Shown piece by piece: positions 47,069 to 57,160 of a stretch of DNA of 64,000 nt. The stretch covers positions 69,258 through 133,257 of the forward strand of contig JAHIVC010000010.1 of the NCBI GenBank assembly GCA_018816945.1, in the 5' to 3' direction. Every line of letters begins with the position of its first letter. The first letter of the stretch is position 1. The position numbers and the translations under genes are program-made. The notes below the pieces were generated by a model. It did not search any database, was not told where the DNA came from, and worked only from the letters and a program-made list of their open reading frames with translations. The DNA is from Bacteroidota bacterium. GTDB taxonomy: Bacteria > Bacteroidota > Bacteroidia > Bacteroidales > GCA-2711565.

Positions 47069-47992
47069 TTAATATCGTCTAATTTTCAAACTAGTAACAG
47101 CTGCTTCAATGTCAATATAGATCTTATTTTGAGCATTTTCAAAATTATCGGTCTGATATAATCCCCTTTCAAGTCGGGTGAACCCATCAAAATTCTTTGA
47201 AGAAAGCACGGTTTGAGTAGTAAGTTCGCAGCCGGCATCTTCAGGTATGGCAATGGTGATTGAGGACGCTCCGGATTCAATTTTCACATTTGTTTTTGCA
47301 TAAAGACTTCCTAATTTAAGATGTGTTGAAGATGCACCTCCCTGAATGTCAATATTTCGGGTTTTATATTTGCTTAAATCCAGTTCGATTTTAGCGGCAC
47401 CACATTCAAGGTTGATGTTCCAAACCGGATTATCGTTCAGTTGAAGATCAACATCATTTATCAGCCTTTTCATTCTGAAATGTGAATTCTGCATTTCAAA
47501 TTTAAGGTATTGATGGTTGCCATCTTTATTTGTGGAGAAAACATAAGGGCCAATATTCCCATCTTGCCGGAAATCAACTAAATTATCTGTGTTTCCCCTG
47601 ATAATGAATTCACCGGCTACTGCCTCGATATCCAAAGTTGCCTCTTCAATGTCAGTCGAGTAAGGTTCAAAAAAACTTTGATCGCCTCTTTTATATTCTC
47701 GTACATAATCATCTTTATCCCCAAAGTGCCAGCTATAACGATAGGATCGTCCTTGATACAAAGAAGTATTTGTTAAAAGCAAGGTAATGGTGACAGCAAG
47801 AAGGATTAAGGTAAGTACGATTTTTATCGCGTTTTTTATAGGAAGCAAAGTAATTCCAATTAAAACAAGCAACATGGGCCAAAGCCTGAAAATGCCCCAC
47901 CAATTGAAATTTAGAAAATCAAAATTGCTAAGAATAAATATAACGCCGAGCGCAACTAAAATTCCGCCCCAGAATAAATTACTGTTTTTCAT
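47069..47992 (-). CDS. LiaF-like membrane protein with C-terminal 'toastrack' beta domain
   Basis: 307 aa; N-terminal TM pair WGGILVALGVIFIL...WPMLLVLIGITLLP and a beta-rich C-terminus. Confidence 0.6.
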   Translation of the reverse strand: MKNSNLFWGGILVALGVIFILSNFDFLNFNWWGIFRLWPMLLVLIGITLLPIKNAIKIVLTLILLAVTITLLLTNTSLYQGRSYRYSWHFGDKDDYVREYKRGDQSFFEPYSTDIEEATLDIEAVAGEFIIRGNTDNLVDFRQDGNIGPYVFSTNKDGNHQYLKFEMQNSHFRMKRLINDVDLQLNDNPVWNINLECGAAKIELDLSKYKTRNIDIQGGASSTHLKLGSLYAKTNVKIESGASSITIAIPEDAGCELTTQTVLSSKNFDGFTRLERGLYQTDNFENAQNKIYIDIEAAVTSLKIRRY

Positions 47993-47996
47993 CTGT

Positions 47997-48467
47997 TTAT
48001 GTTTTATTTTTTGTTTTATCGTAACCGGATTTGATCATTACTATACCTGCAACGAGCAGGATGATAGGCCATAAATCTCCAAAATCCACGCGGGGAATAA
48101 ACCTTTCGGCTAAGAAAATCAAGCCTAAAGTGATTAAAATTAATCCGGCAATTAAACTACCATCATTCTTGTTTTTATCCCATGGCTGTTTCGGGTTGAA
48201 ATTTTCATTTTTACCCTTATCAATATTTTCTGTTTCCATATGATTGAAATTATTTGGTTGGTTATAATAAGTTGTTATTCCGGTTGGAAGTGCAATCCAT
48301 AAAATAAGATAAATCAGAACACCGCCACCGCCAAATAGTGCAGCAACTACAAATAGTATTCTAATGATGGTTGGATCGGTGTGCATGTGGTCAGCAATTC
48401 CTGCTGCAACACCACCTATAACATGCTGATTAGTGCTTCGGTATAATCCGCTACGATGATTTTCCAT
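47997..48467 (-). CDS. PspC domain-containing membrane protein
   Basis: LYRSTNQHVIGGVAAGIADHMHTDPTIIRILFVV matches the PspC domain. Confidence 0.85.
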   Translation of the reverse strand: MENHRSGLYRSTNQHVIGGVAAGIADHMHTDPTIIRILFVVAALFGGGGVLIYLILWIALPTGITTYYNQPNNFNHMETENIDKGKNENFNPKQPWDKNKNDGSLIAGLILITLGLIFLAERFIPRVDFGDLWPIILLVAGIVMIKSGYDKTKNKT

Positions 48468-48578
48468 AATATTTAATTTTCGATGGATAACAAATATACA
48501 AAATGATTAGCCAAATGGTCAATAACCTCATTTATTGTATTGACGCAAAAATGGGAAATAAATTACATTATTTTCATT

Positions 48579-48947
48579 TTATTTATGCTTTTTGGGAAGA
48601 TAACAGCTTTTTCGTTTCCCAAACATTCGATAACGTGATCGGGCAACAAAATCATATAGCATATCCAATTGCTTAACAGGTATGATTTTAAAAATGAAAA
48701 AAATTCTTAAAAAGCCACCCAGATATTTAATGATCTGGAAAATTGCACTTGTCTTAACAAAATATTGACCATTCTGAAAAACGATAATACTGTCCATGCT
48801 CAATAAATCTTTTGGAATTTTCCCCGAAATGCCATTGCTCAAGCCGATAAATGTTAGTTTGTCACCTTTATCTAACCAATTCAAAAGTTGAATTGTGTTG
48901 CTACATAAATAACAATAATCATCAAAATATACAATCATATCATTCAT
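48579..48947 (-). CDS. DCC-family thiol-disulfide oxidoreductase (DUF393)
   Basis: 122 aa; N-terminal YFDDYCYLCS (DxxCxxC) motif. Confidence 0.8.
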   Translation of the reverse strand: MNDMIVYFDDYCYLCSNTIQLLNWLDKGDKLTFIGLSNGISGKIPKDLLSMDSIIVFQNGQYFVKTSAIFQIIKYLGGFLRIFFIFKIIPVKQLDMLYDFVARSRYRMFGKRKSCYLPKKHK

Positions 48948-49072
48948 ATATAACTAATTGAAAAATAATAATATGGCAATAATTTACCATATTATTTTCA
49001 ATATTATTAGAATTAGCTTAAAATCATTAATCCTATTTTTTAAATTGGATAAGTTTTATTAAATTTATGGTA

Positions 49073-49080
49073 TAAGTTTG
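49073..49080 (+). promoter_or_regulatory. putative -7 promoter box TAAGTTTG
   Basis: Fits TAnnTTTG; 50 nt upstream of the icd ATG. Confidence 0.4.
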
Positions 49081-49129
49081 ATCTGCAATAGGATTAAAGT
49101 TCACCCAAAGATTTTTAATTAAAATTATA

Positions 49130-50497
49130 ATGAATTCAGGAAAAATAAAAATTGAAAACGGAAAATTAATCGTCCCAAATAATCCAACGATTCCTTACAT
49201 AGAAGGAGATGGGACCGGCCCGGATATTTGGGCTGCTTCTGTACGTGTGTTTGATGCTGCTATTGAGAAAGCTTATGGTGGCGATCGGAAAATTAATTGG
49301 CTGGAAGTATATGCCGGAGAGAATTCATTTAACCGCACCGGTGAATGGTTGCCACAGAAAACCCTAGATGCATTTATTGAATATTTAGTTGGAATAAAAG
49401 GCCCGTTAACCACCCCAATTGGAGGCGGGATTACTTCATTAAATGTTGCTTTACGACAAAAACTCGACTTATATGTTTGCTTGCGACCTGTGAAATATAT
49501 CACAGGTGTTCCTTCCCCTGTAAAACGACCAGAAAATGTCGATATGGTAATTTTCAGGGAAAATACAGAAGATATTTATGCGGGAATTGAGTGGGCCGCA
49601 GGTACTGAAAATGCAAAAAAAATAATCCGTTTTTTACAGGAAGAGATGAAAGTAGATAGTATCCGTTTTCCTGAAACTAGTGGAATTGGAATCAAACCGG
49701 CTTCAAAAGAAGGGACCTACCGTTTGGTAAAAGCTGCGCTTGAATATGCTTTGCTGGAAAACAGGAAATCGTTAACCATCGTTCATAAAGGTAATATTAT
49801 GAAATATACCGAAGGTGCCTTTAAAAAATGGGGATTTGAAGTTGCAGTTACTGAATATCGCGATAAAGTTGTTACCGAACGAGAAAGTTGGATCATTGGA
49901 AATAAAGATAAAAGTCCGGATTTGAGTATCGAGGATAATGCCAAAATGATTGATCCGGGCTACCATATGATGGTTGATGCTCAGAAAAAAGAAATACAGG
50001 CTGAGGTTGAATCTGCACTGAAATTAATGCCAACACACGGCAACGGACAATGGAAACAGAAATTGCTTATTCGGGACTCAATTGCTGATATTACACTTCA
50101 GCAAGTGCTTACAAGGCCTACTGAATTTGAAGTAATTGCTACCATGAACCTGAATGGCGATTATCTGTCGGATGCTTTGGCAGCGCAGGTTGGAGGTATT
50201 GGCATTGCTCCCGGAGCAAATATTAATTATATAACGGGCCATGCCATTTTTGAAGCAACTCATGGAACTGCTCCTAAATATGCCGGTTTGGATCAGGTTA
50301 ACCCGGGTTCGGTAATTCTTTCAGGAGGAATGATGTTGAAATATATGGGCTGGGATAAAGCTCACGATTTGATATGGGATGCTTTAGTGAAAACCATCGC
50401 CCAAAAAAGAGTTACCTATGATTATCACCGCATGATGGATAATGCAAAATTGCTTAAATGCTCAGAGTTTGGCGATGCCATCATTGAAAATATGTAG
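49130..50497 (+). CDS. icd: NADP-dependent isocitrate dehydrogenase
   Basis: 455 aa; [24 protein letters not shown] and [25 protein letters not shown] motifs. About 40 aa longer than E. coli Icd, with the extra residues in the central region. Confidence 0.93.
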   Translation: MNSGKIKIENGKLIVPNNPTIPYIEGDGTGPDIWAASVRVFDAAIEKAYGGDRKINWLEVYAGENSFNRTGEWLPQKTLDAFIEYLVGIKGPLTTPIGGGITSLNVALRQKLDLYVCLRPVKYITGVPSPVKRPENVDMVIFRENTEDIYAGIEWAAGTENAKKIIRFLQEEMKVDSIRFPETSGIGIKPASKEGTYRLVKAALEYALLENRKSLTIVHKGNIMKYTEGAFKKWGFEVAVTEYRDKVVTERESWIIGNKDKSPDLSIEDNAKMIDPGYHMMVDAQKKEIQAEVESALKLMPTHGNGQWKQKLLIRDSIADITLQQVLTRPTEFEVIATMNLNGDYLSDALAAQVGGIGIAPGANINYITGHAIFEATHGTAPKYAGLDQVNPGSVILSGGMMLKYMGWDKAHDLIWDALVKTIAQKRVTYDYHRMMDNAKLLKCSEFGDAIIENM

Positions 50498-50534
50498 ATA
50501 AAATTTGATAAGAATTTAATTAAGAGAAGAACAA

Positions 50535-51872
50535 ATGACAAGTTTAAAAGAAAAGCTTTACCAAAAAATTCAGGAACACCGCCCTAGAATTGAAAGACTC
50601 AATAATGAGTTTGGTGATGTAGTTGTTGATCAGGTGACCATTTCGAAACTCCTTGGAGGGATGAGAGGGCTAAAGAGTTTGATCACTGATATTTCATACT
50701 TAGATCCTAATGAAGGAATCAGGTTTAGAGGATACAAACTTGAAGAAGTTTTTGAAAAATTGCCAAAACCAAAAGGGGCGGATATGCCCTATGTTGAAGG
50801 TTTGTTTTATTTACTATTAACCGGAGATATTCCAACCGAAGCAGAAGTAACCGAGGTTGTTGATGAGTTTGCAAAAAGAAGAATTTTACCAAGGTATATA
50901 TACGAACTTATTGATGCTTTTCCTTGTTGTAGTCATCCAATGACTATATTCTCATCTGCCATTATTTCAATGCATCGTGAATCTTTTTTCACAAAAAAAT
51001 ATATTGCCGGAATACCTAAGGCCGATTACTGGGACCCAATGTACGAGGACTCATTAAACCTGCTTGCAAAACTTCCGGAAATAGCAACTTATATCTATGC
51101 TAAATTATATCGCGATGGGAACAGGATTCAATCCAACCCTAACTTAGATTTAGGTGGCAACTTTGCATTTATGATGGGCAAAGGAAAGCCTTATGATGAT
51201 GTAATCAGAATGCACTTTATTCTACATAGCGATCATGAGGCCGGAAACGTTAGTGCTCATGCAGGGCATCTTGTGGCAAGTTCTTTGTCGGATATCTATT
51301 TGTCTATTTCAGCAATGGTAAATGGATTGGCAGGGCCACTTCATGGATTGGCAAGTCAGGGCGTTTTGAAATGGTTACAAGATTTAAGGGAAAAGATGGG
51401 TGGAGCCATTCCAACTGAGGCAGAGATGAAGCAATTTGTTTGGGAGACATTAAATTCAGGCCAGGTTATTCCCGGATTCGGGCACGCAGTTTTAAGAAAA
51501 ACCGACCCGCGTTATTTATTGCAACGTGAGTTTAGCCTTAAACATTTAAAAGATGATGACTTGTTTAAATATGTTGACATGCTTTATAAGGTTGTTCCTG
51601 ATATTTTATTAGAGCATGGTAAAGCAAAAAATCCATGGCCTAACGTTGATGCTCAATCCGGTATTATACAATGGCATTATGGTTTGCAAGAGTATGATTT
51701 TTATACTGTACTTTTCGGTGTCGGAAGATCGATAGGTATTTGTGCAAACATTATTTGGGACCGGGCACTTGGTTATCCGTTGGAGCGGCCAAAATCATTA
51801 ACAACGGATATGCTTGAAGAAATTGCCGGAATAAAGCCTAACGCAAAACCGGCGGCTGAACCTATAGAATAA
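50535..51872 (+). CDS. gltA: citrate synthase (eukaryote/mitochondrial-like type)
   Basis: 445 aa; GGMRGLKSLITDISYLDPNEGIRFRGY and GFGHAVLRKTDPR motifs. Confidence 0.93.
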   Translation: MTSLKEKLYQKIQEHRPRIERLNNEFGDVVVDQVTISKLLGGMRGLKSLITDISYLDPNEGIRFRGYKLEEVFEKLPKPKGADMPYVEGLFYLLLTGDIPTEAEVTEVVDEFAKRRILPRYIYELIDAFPCCSHPMTIFSSAIISMHRESFFTKKYIAGIPKADYWDPMYEDSLNLLAKLPEIATYIYAKLYRDGNRIQSNPNLDLGGNFAFMMGKGKPYDDVIRMHFILHSDHEAGNVSAHAGHLVASSLSDIYLSISAMVNGLAGPLHGLASQGVLKWLQDLREKMGGAIPTEAEMKQFVWETLNSGQVIPGFGHAVLRKTDPRYLLQREFSLKHLKDDDLFKYVDMLYKVVPDILLEHGKAKNPWPNVDAQSGIIQWHYGLQEYDFYTVLFGVGRSIGICANIIWDRALGYPLERPKSLTTDMLEEIAGIKPNAKPAAEPIE

Positions 51873-51883
51873 AGCTCTATTTT

Positions 51884-51897
51884 GAATATAGAATATA
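51884..51897. repeat. heptamer words GAATATA GAATATA
   Basis: Two units of the same AGAATAT word as at 47015-47035; lies between gltA and yjbQ. Confidence 0.7.
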
Positions 51898-51904
51898 AGG
51901 ATTT

Positions 51905-52315
51905 TTGATCAAACAAATTGAGTTTTCATTGCCTGCATTTCGCAGGGGTTATCATTTGATAACAGATGCTGTTGAGGAAATTCTGCAGGAACTTCCTCAA
52001 CAGGGCATTCTAAATTTATTCATCAAACATACATCAGCAGCGCTTACAATTAATGAGAATGCAGACTCCTCGGTGAGGATCGATTTTGAAACCATTCTGA
52101 ATAAACTTGTTCCGGAAAATTCATTTGATTACAGGCATAATATGGAAGGAAGCGACGATATGCCTGCCCATATTAAGGCATCCCTGATGGGAAGTTCTGT
52201 TAATATACCGATAAGTAATCATAAATTAAACCTTGGAACCTGGCAGGGAATTTATTTGTGTGAATTCAGGAATAATGGTGGTTCACGAAAAATGATCGCG
52301 ACTATCTATTTTTGA
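51905..52315 (+). CDS. yjbQ: YjbQ/UPF0047 family protein
   Basis: 136 aa; HTSAALTINENADSSV and DDMPAHIKASL motifs. TTG start. Confidence 0.85.
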   Translation: MIKQIEFSLPAFRRGYHLITDAVEEILQELPQQGILNLFIKHTSAALTINENADSSVRIDFETILNKLVPENSFDYRHNMEGSDDMPAHIKASLMGSSVNIPISNHKLNLGTWQGIYLCEFRNNGGSRKMIATIYF

Positions 52316-53556
52316 TCAAAATCCGGATTCATCAATGGGAACTCAACAACAAACATTGCGCCTCTGTTTTTAACATTCTCGCACCATACCTTTCCTTTAA
52401 GTGCACATACATATTTTTTAACGATGGCCAACCCAAGACCAACATTTGAATCCACTTTTTGTGTTTCATTTTGACGCTGATAAATTTCAAAAATTGAATT
52501 AGGATTTTCTTTGGGAACCCCGGGCCCCTCATCAATAATTTCAAGATGAATAACTTTGTCTTTTATAAGCAAATTAATGTCAATCCCACTTGAAATTGGG
52601 GCAAACCTAAAAGCATTTGAAAGTAAATTATCAACAATTTGATGCATGTAAACCTCATTCAACTTTGCATGGCATCGGCAAAGATTTAAATTGATCTGGA
52701 GGTTTTTTCGGGTGGTGACCAAATTGAAATTGATTAAAACTTCTTTGACCAAACCTGAAATTTCGATCGTTTCTGTCTTTAGACTGTATGTTTTAGATTC
52801 AATACGATTAATATTTAGTAATTCATTGATCATTTTGTTAATGCGGTTCAATGAGTTTTCAACGATGGTGGTGTATTCCTGTTGTAATTCGCTTATCTTC
52901 TCTTCTTCCTTAATGAGGTCGATCAAGCATAAACTACTAGTCAATGGATTTTTAATGCCATGCACTACCACGCTTAATAAGTGGTTCTTTTCTTCATTTA
53001 AATTTAAGAGATCATAATTCTGTTCCTCCAATAAATCTTTCTGCTTAGAAATGCTTTGATGCTGAAGCTCGATCTCATCTTTTTGTTTTTGAATTTTCAG
53101 ATAACTTTTTGAAAGCTTTTCTTCAAGCATATTCATGCTGCGCATTCTGTTTACCAGCACTTTCAGAACACCCTTAATGATTTCTTTCTTTTCAAAAATG
53201 ATTTTAAAAAAATCATCCTGCGAAAGCATTAGTAAATCGCTTGGTTCTTCGGCAGTTACAGAAGCAGAACGGGTTTCTTCATCAATTAATGAATATTCTC
53301 CAAAAACACTGCCAGGGCCAAGTTTTGTGAGTACATGATTGCCGTCGTGAACTCGGACTTTACCATTAACAATGATGTACATTGAATTACCCATATCCCC
53401 TTTATGGATGATAACCTTTTCCTGTCGGGCATGTTTTTCGACCAGGGCACTCGCAATTTCATTGAGTACATCTGCTCCCGTATCTGAAAAAATGTGGGTA
53501 TTTTTAAGGATATTGATACGATCCTCTAAAACTTGATCCTTTTTTGATTTGGTCAT
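52306..53556 (-). CDS. cyclic-nucleotide-binding-domain sensor histidine kinase
   Basis: N-terminal cNMP-binding domain (GDMGNSMYIIVNGKV...FGEYSLID), coiled coil, H-box VVHGIKNPL and HATPase (NLLSNAFRF, GLGLAIV). Start set to ATG 53556. The 3' end overlaps yjbQ by 10 nt. Confidence 0.85.
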   Translation of the reverse strand: MTKSKKDQVLEDRINILKNTHIFSDTGADVLNEIASALVEKHARQEKVIIHKGDMGNSMYIIVNGKVRVHDGNHVLTKLGPGSVFGEYSLIDEETRSASVTAEEPSDLLMLSQDDFFKIIFEKKEIIKGVLKVLVNRMRSMNMLEEKLSKSYLKIQKQKDEIELQHQSISKQKDLLEEQNYDLLNLNEEKNHLLSVVVHGIKNPLTSSLCLIDLIKEEEKISELQQEYTTIVENSLNRINKMINELLNINRIESKTYSLKTETIEISGLVKEVLINFNLVTTRKNLQINLNLCRCHAKLNEVYMHQIVDNLLSNAFRFAPISSGIDINLLIKDKVIHLEIIDEGPGVPKENPNSIFEIYQRQNETQKVDSNVGLGLAIVKKYVCALKGKVWCENVKNRGAMFVVEFPLMNPDFDQK

Positions 53557-53635
53557 TTGGTGCAAAATTGACGGATAAAATTAAGGAGCTTGAGTTATTC
53601 ATGCAAATATAAACCAAAGATTGTTTATAAAACCC

Positions 53636-54217
53636 TTAATAAAACCCTGAAGTTTTTGTGAACTTAATAATTTCAGGGAAAAATGCCCTGAATTCTCTTT
53701 CAAAATCCAAATAATGTGCCTTAAGTTCATCTACTGCCTCATCCATCCTGGAATGATTATTAGTTCGTCGCGACATTCCGCCAAATACCCGATTCAAATC
53801 TTTAAAGTTTGAATAGTTTACCAACCAGTTTTGAGCAATCATAAAAGGCAACAATCGTTTCGAACGAGGAGGCAATAACTTAAAATTATGAATCAGTAAA
53901 TGATAGGCCCTTGCAACAAATTCCTTTAAATCCTGATCATGATACTCATTCCAGAATTTAGCTAAAAAGTGATCGTAATAAATATCTACAATAACGCCTG
54001 AATATCTGAAATATTTTGGATAAAGACGCTCACAACTAGTTTTAAATATGGGATGTTGGTCGGTAAACCGATCAATCTCACGATGAAATAAAATCCCTTT
54101 TTGTACGCCTTCCGAATAGGAATAAAATATCTTTCCTTTTACTGCATCTGCAATAAAGTTGCCGAGTATAATTTCCTCTTTTTGTGGCGAAAGATATAGA
54201 TGGGCCAAAAAGTTCAT
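53636..54217 (-). CDS. acpH: acyl carrier protein phosphodiesterase
   Basis: MNFLAHLYLS N-terminus typical of AcpH. Start set to ATG 54217. Confidence 0.85.
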   Translation of the reverse strand: MNFLAHLYLSPQKEEIILGNFIADAVKGKIFYSYSEGVQKGILFHREIDRFTDQHPIFKTSCERLYPKYFRYSGVIVDIYYDHFLAKFWNEYHDQDLKEFVARAYHLLIHNFKLLPPRSKRLLPFMIAQNWLVNYSNFKDLNRVFGGMSRRTNNHSRMDEAVDELKAHYLDFEREFRAFFPEIIKFTKTSGFY

Positions 54218-54310
54218 GATAGTTAAAACAATGCTAAAGTACAAATATTGTGCATATTTTAGAATGAATTTATGCTACCTCTATAAAGCTTGCCTTCGGA
54301 AAAAAAAGAT

Positions 54311-54318
54311 TAATTTTG
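54311..54318 (+). promoter_or_regulatory. putative -7 promoter box TAATTTTG
   Basis: Fits TAnnTTTG; 46 nt upstream of the iorA ATG. Confidence 0.4.
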
Positions 54319-54363
54319 CATTGAAGATTTCATTATTCAGATATAGAAATTAAATAAGAATTT

Positions 54364-55980
54364 ATGCAAAAGTTATTATTATTGGGAGATGAGGCCATTG
54401 CTCAAGGAGCTATTGATGCAGGTATTTCAGGGATTTATGCATATCCGGGGACACCTTCAACAGAGATCACGGAGTTTGTGCAAAAATCGAAAGAGGCTAA
54501 AGAAAAGGGAATTCGATCAAATTGGTCGGCCAATGAAAAAACAGCTATGGAATCAGCTTTGGGCATGTCGTATGCCGGAAAACGGGCCATGGTTTGCATG
54601 AAGCATGTTGGATTAAATGTGGCAGCCGATTCTTTTATAAATTCTGCTATCACAGGCTCAAATGGGGGATTAATCATTGTTTCGGCCGACGATCCATCCA
54701 TGCATTCTTCGCAAAACGAACAAGATTCACGTTTCTATGGTGATTTTGCATTTATACCAATATTAGAGCCATCAAATCAACAGGAAGCTTATGATATGGT
54801 AAAGTATGGGTTTGAATTATCTGAAAAAATGAGAATTCCGGTACTATTCAGAATTACTACACGTTTGGCTCATTCCCGGGCAGGAGTCATCCGAACTCAA
54901 AGCAGGAAGCAAAATCAAATTAAACTGCCTGATAATTTAAAGCAGTTCATCCTATTGCCTGCAATAGCCCGAAAACAATATAAAGAATTATTGGCCAAAC
55001 AAGTAGATTTAAAAGCAGAAGCAAGAAATTCAGGTTTTAATACGTATATTGATGGAGCGGATAAAAAACTGGGAATTATTACCTGTGGAATTGCCTATAA
55101 TTATTTGATGGAAAATTTTCAGGGAATTGACGTTCCTCATCCGATCCTAAAAATAGGACAATATCCTATTCCTGAGGAATTGGTTGAAAAATTGTACGAT
55201 GCCTGCGATGAATTATTAATTCTGGAAGATGGTTATCCATTGGTTGAACAGGCTATTAAAGGAATACTTAATAAGGGTAAAAAAATTAAAGGAAGATTAG
55301 ACGGGACCATTCCACGCGATGGAGAATTAAACCCTAATATTGTTGCTGTTGGTTTAGGTAAGGAAGATACCAAAGGTGAAAATATTCCTGACTTTGTAGC
55401 CGGGAGACCACCCTCACTTTGCAAAGGTTGCGGTCATAATGATGCTTTTCTGGCAATAAATGAAGCACTTTTAAAATACTCAAAAGGACGGGTTTTTTCG
55501 GATATCGGTTGTTATACTTTGAGTGCGCTCAAGCCTCTCGAATCTATCAACTCATGTGTTGATATGGGAGCCTCAATTACAATGGCAATGGGAGCTGCCG
55601 ATGCGGGTTTGATTCCTGCGGTTGCCGCAATTGGCGATTCTACTTTTACTCATTCGGGAATGACAGGTTTGCTTGATGCAGTCAATAATAATTCTCCTAT
55701 TACTGTTTTAATTCTGGATAACTCGACTACCGGAATGACCGGTGGGCAAAAATCATCTGCACTGGGAAAAATTGAGGCAATTTGCATAGCTCTGGGTGTT
55801 GAAAAAGATCATATCCGGGTACTTAAACCATTGCCAAAACAACACGAAGAAAATGTTAAAGTAATAGCTGAAGAGTTAGAGTATAAAGGTGTTTCGGTGA
55901 TCATCCCACGCAGGGAGTGCATACAAACCCTTAATAAAAGAATGCGGCAAAAACATAATGCAAAAAATTTGGAAGTATAA
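54364..55980 (+). CDS. iorA: indolepyruvate:ferredoxin oxidoreductase alpha subunit
   Basis: 538 aa; TPP-dependent 2-oxoacid:ferredoxin oxidoreductase fold (GYPGTPSTEI, CKGCGH, GDSTFTHSG). Confidence 0.9.
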   Translation: MQKLLLLGDEAIAQGAIDAGISGIYAYPGTPSTEITEFVQKSKEAKEKGIRSNWSANEKTAMESALGMSYAGKRAMVCMKHVGLNVAADSFINSAITGSNGGLIIVSADDPSMHSSQNEQDSRFYGDFAFIPILEPSNQQEAYDMVKYGFELSEKMRIPVLFRITTRLAHSRAGVIRTQSRKQNQIKLPDNLKQFILLPAIARKQYKELLAKQVDLKAEARNSGFNTYIDGADKKLGIITCGIAYNYLMENFQGIDVPHPILKIGQYPIPEELVEKLYDACDELLILEDGYPLVEQAIKGILNKGKKIKGRLDGTIPRDGELNPNIVAVGLGKEDTKGENIPDFVAGRPPSLCKGCGHNDAFLAINEALLKYSKGRVFSDIGCYTLSALKPLESINSCVDMGASITMAMGAADAGLIPAVAAIGDSTFTHSGMTGLLDAVNNNSPITVLILDNSTTGMTGGQKSSALGKIEAICIALGVEKDHIRVLKPLPKQHEENVKVIAEELEYKGVSVIIPRRECIQTLNKRMRQKHNAKNLEV

Positions 55981-56000
55981 ATTAGAACAACAATAATATA

Positions 56001-56585
56001 ATGATGAAAAAGGATATCATACTTGCAGGTGTTGGAGGACAAGGAATACTATCTATTGCCGCAACCATCGGAACAGCAGCCATAGATTTAAATCTACAAT
56101 TAAAACAGGCGGAAGTTCACGGAATGAGCCAAAGGGGAGGGGATGTACAATCGCACCTTCGATTATCTTCAAACCCTATTGCTTCTGATCTGATTCCGCA
56201 AGGCAAAGCAGATTTGATTATTTCTATCGAACCCATGGAATCGTTGAGATATCTGCCTATGCTATCAAAAGATGGTTGGATCATTGCAAATACACAACCC
56301 TTTATAAATATTCCAAATTACCCTAATCTGGAGCAAATCATCGAAAAAATTAAATCAATACCGAATCATATTGCCATAAATGCTGACGAAATTGCAAAAG
56401 AAATTGGTTCTGAACGTTCGGCAAATATGGTAATTTTAGGCGCCAGCGCTCCCTTTCTGGATATTGAAATAAGTACGCTCGAAAAAGCCATCCGCACTAT
56501 TTTCGGTGGCAAAGGAGAGGAAGTGGTGCAGCTCAATTTAAAAGCATTTAGGGCAGGTTTAAATTTTTCTATGATTAATAAATAA
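56001..56585 (+). CDS. iorB: indolepyruvate:ferredoxin oxidoreductase beta subunit
   Basis: 194 aa; ILAGVGGQGILS gamma-domain motif; lies directly after iorA. Confidence 0.9.
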   Translation: MMKKDIILAGVGGQGILSIAATIGTAAIDLNLQLKQAEVHGMSQRGGDVQSHLRLSSNPIASDLIPQGKADLIISIEPMESLRYLPMLSKDGWIIANTQPFINIPNYPNLEQIIEKIKSIPNHIAINADEIAKEIGSERSANMVILGASAPFLDIEISTLEKAIRTIFGGKGEEVVQLNLKAFRAGLNFSMINK

Positions 56586-56648
56586 TTGAGGTCGCAGCAT
56601 TTGTTCAAAAATTGTACTTTAGCTTTTTTTCTGCTAAATAAGATTGCT

Positions 56649-57152
56649 ATGCGTATTTATCTCATTTTATTTATTGTAGTATTTTCAAGTGCCGCAATGG
56701 CACAGGACATTAAGCCCCAAAATAAAGACCTGACACGGATCAATGTCATTAATAATGTCATGGATCAGTGGCATAAAGCTGCTGCTAATGCTGATTTTGA
56801 GGCGTTCTTTGCATGCATGGATGGTGATGGGTATTATATTGGAACAGATGAATCGGAGAAATGGACCATAAAAGAATTTAAAGCTTTTTGTAAGCCCTAT
56901 TTTGATCGTGGTTCGGCATGGGATTTTAAGCCTTTTGATAGAGGGGTTTACTTTAATAAGAAAAAAAATATTGCCTGGATTGATGAAAAACTGGATACCT
57001 GGATGGGGGTTTGTCGTTCGTCGGGCGTGCTTATAAAAACCAAAGATGGTTGGAAAATTAAACATTATCAATTATCGGTTACTGTTCCGAACGATATCGT
57101 GCGGGATTTTATCCAACTGGTTAATCAGTATAAAACTAAACAGACTAAATAG
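56649..57152 (+). CDS. secreted NTF2/SnoaL-like fold protein
   Basis: Signal peptide (MRIYLILFIVVFSSAAMAQD). Start moved to ATG 56649. The fold assignment rests on general resemblance only. Confidence 0.55.
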   Translation: MRIYLILFIVVFSSAAMAQDIKPQNKDLTRINVINNVMDQWHKAAANADFEAFFACMDGDGYYIGTDESEKWTIKEFKAFCKPYFDRGSAWDFKPFDRGVYFNKKKNIAWIDEKLDTWMGVCRSSGVLIKTKDGWKIKHYQLSVTVPNDIVRDFIQLVNQYKTKQTK

Positions 57153-57160
57153 TTAGCTTA

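Noticed and set aside
49130-51872. icd-gltA pair as something unusual
   Set aside because: These are ordinary TCA-cycle genes. To my knowledge the mitochondrial-like citrate synthase type is already known to occur in Bacteroidota, so the pair is not reported as a finding.
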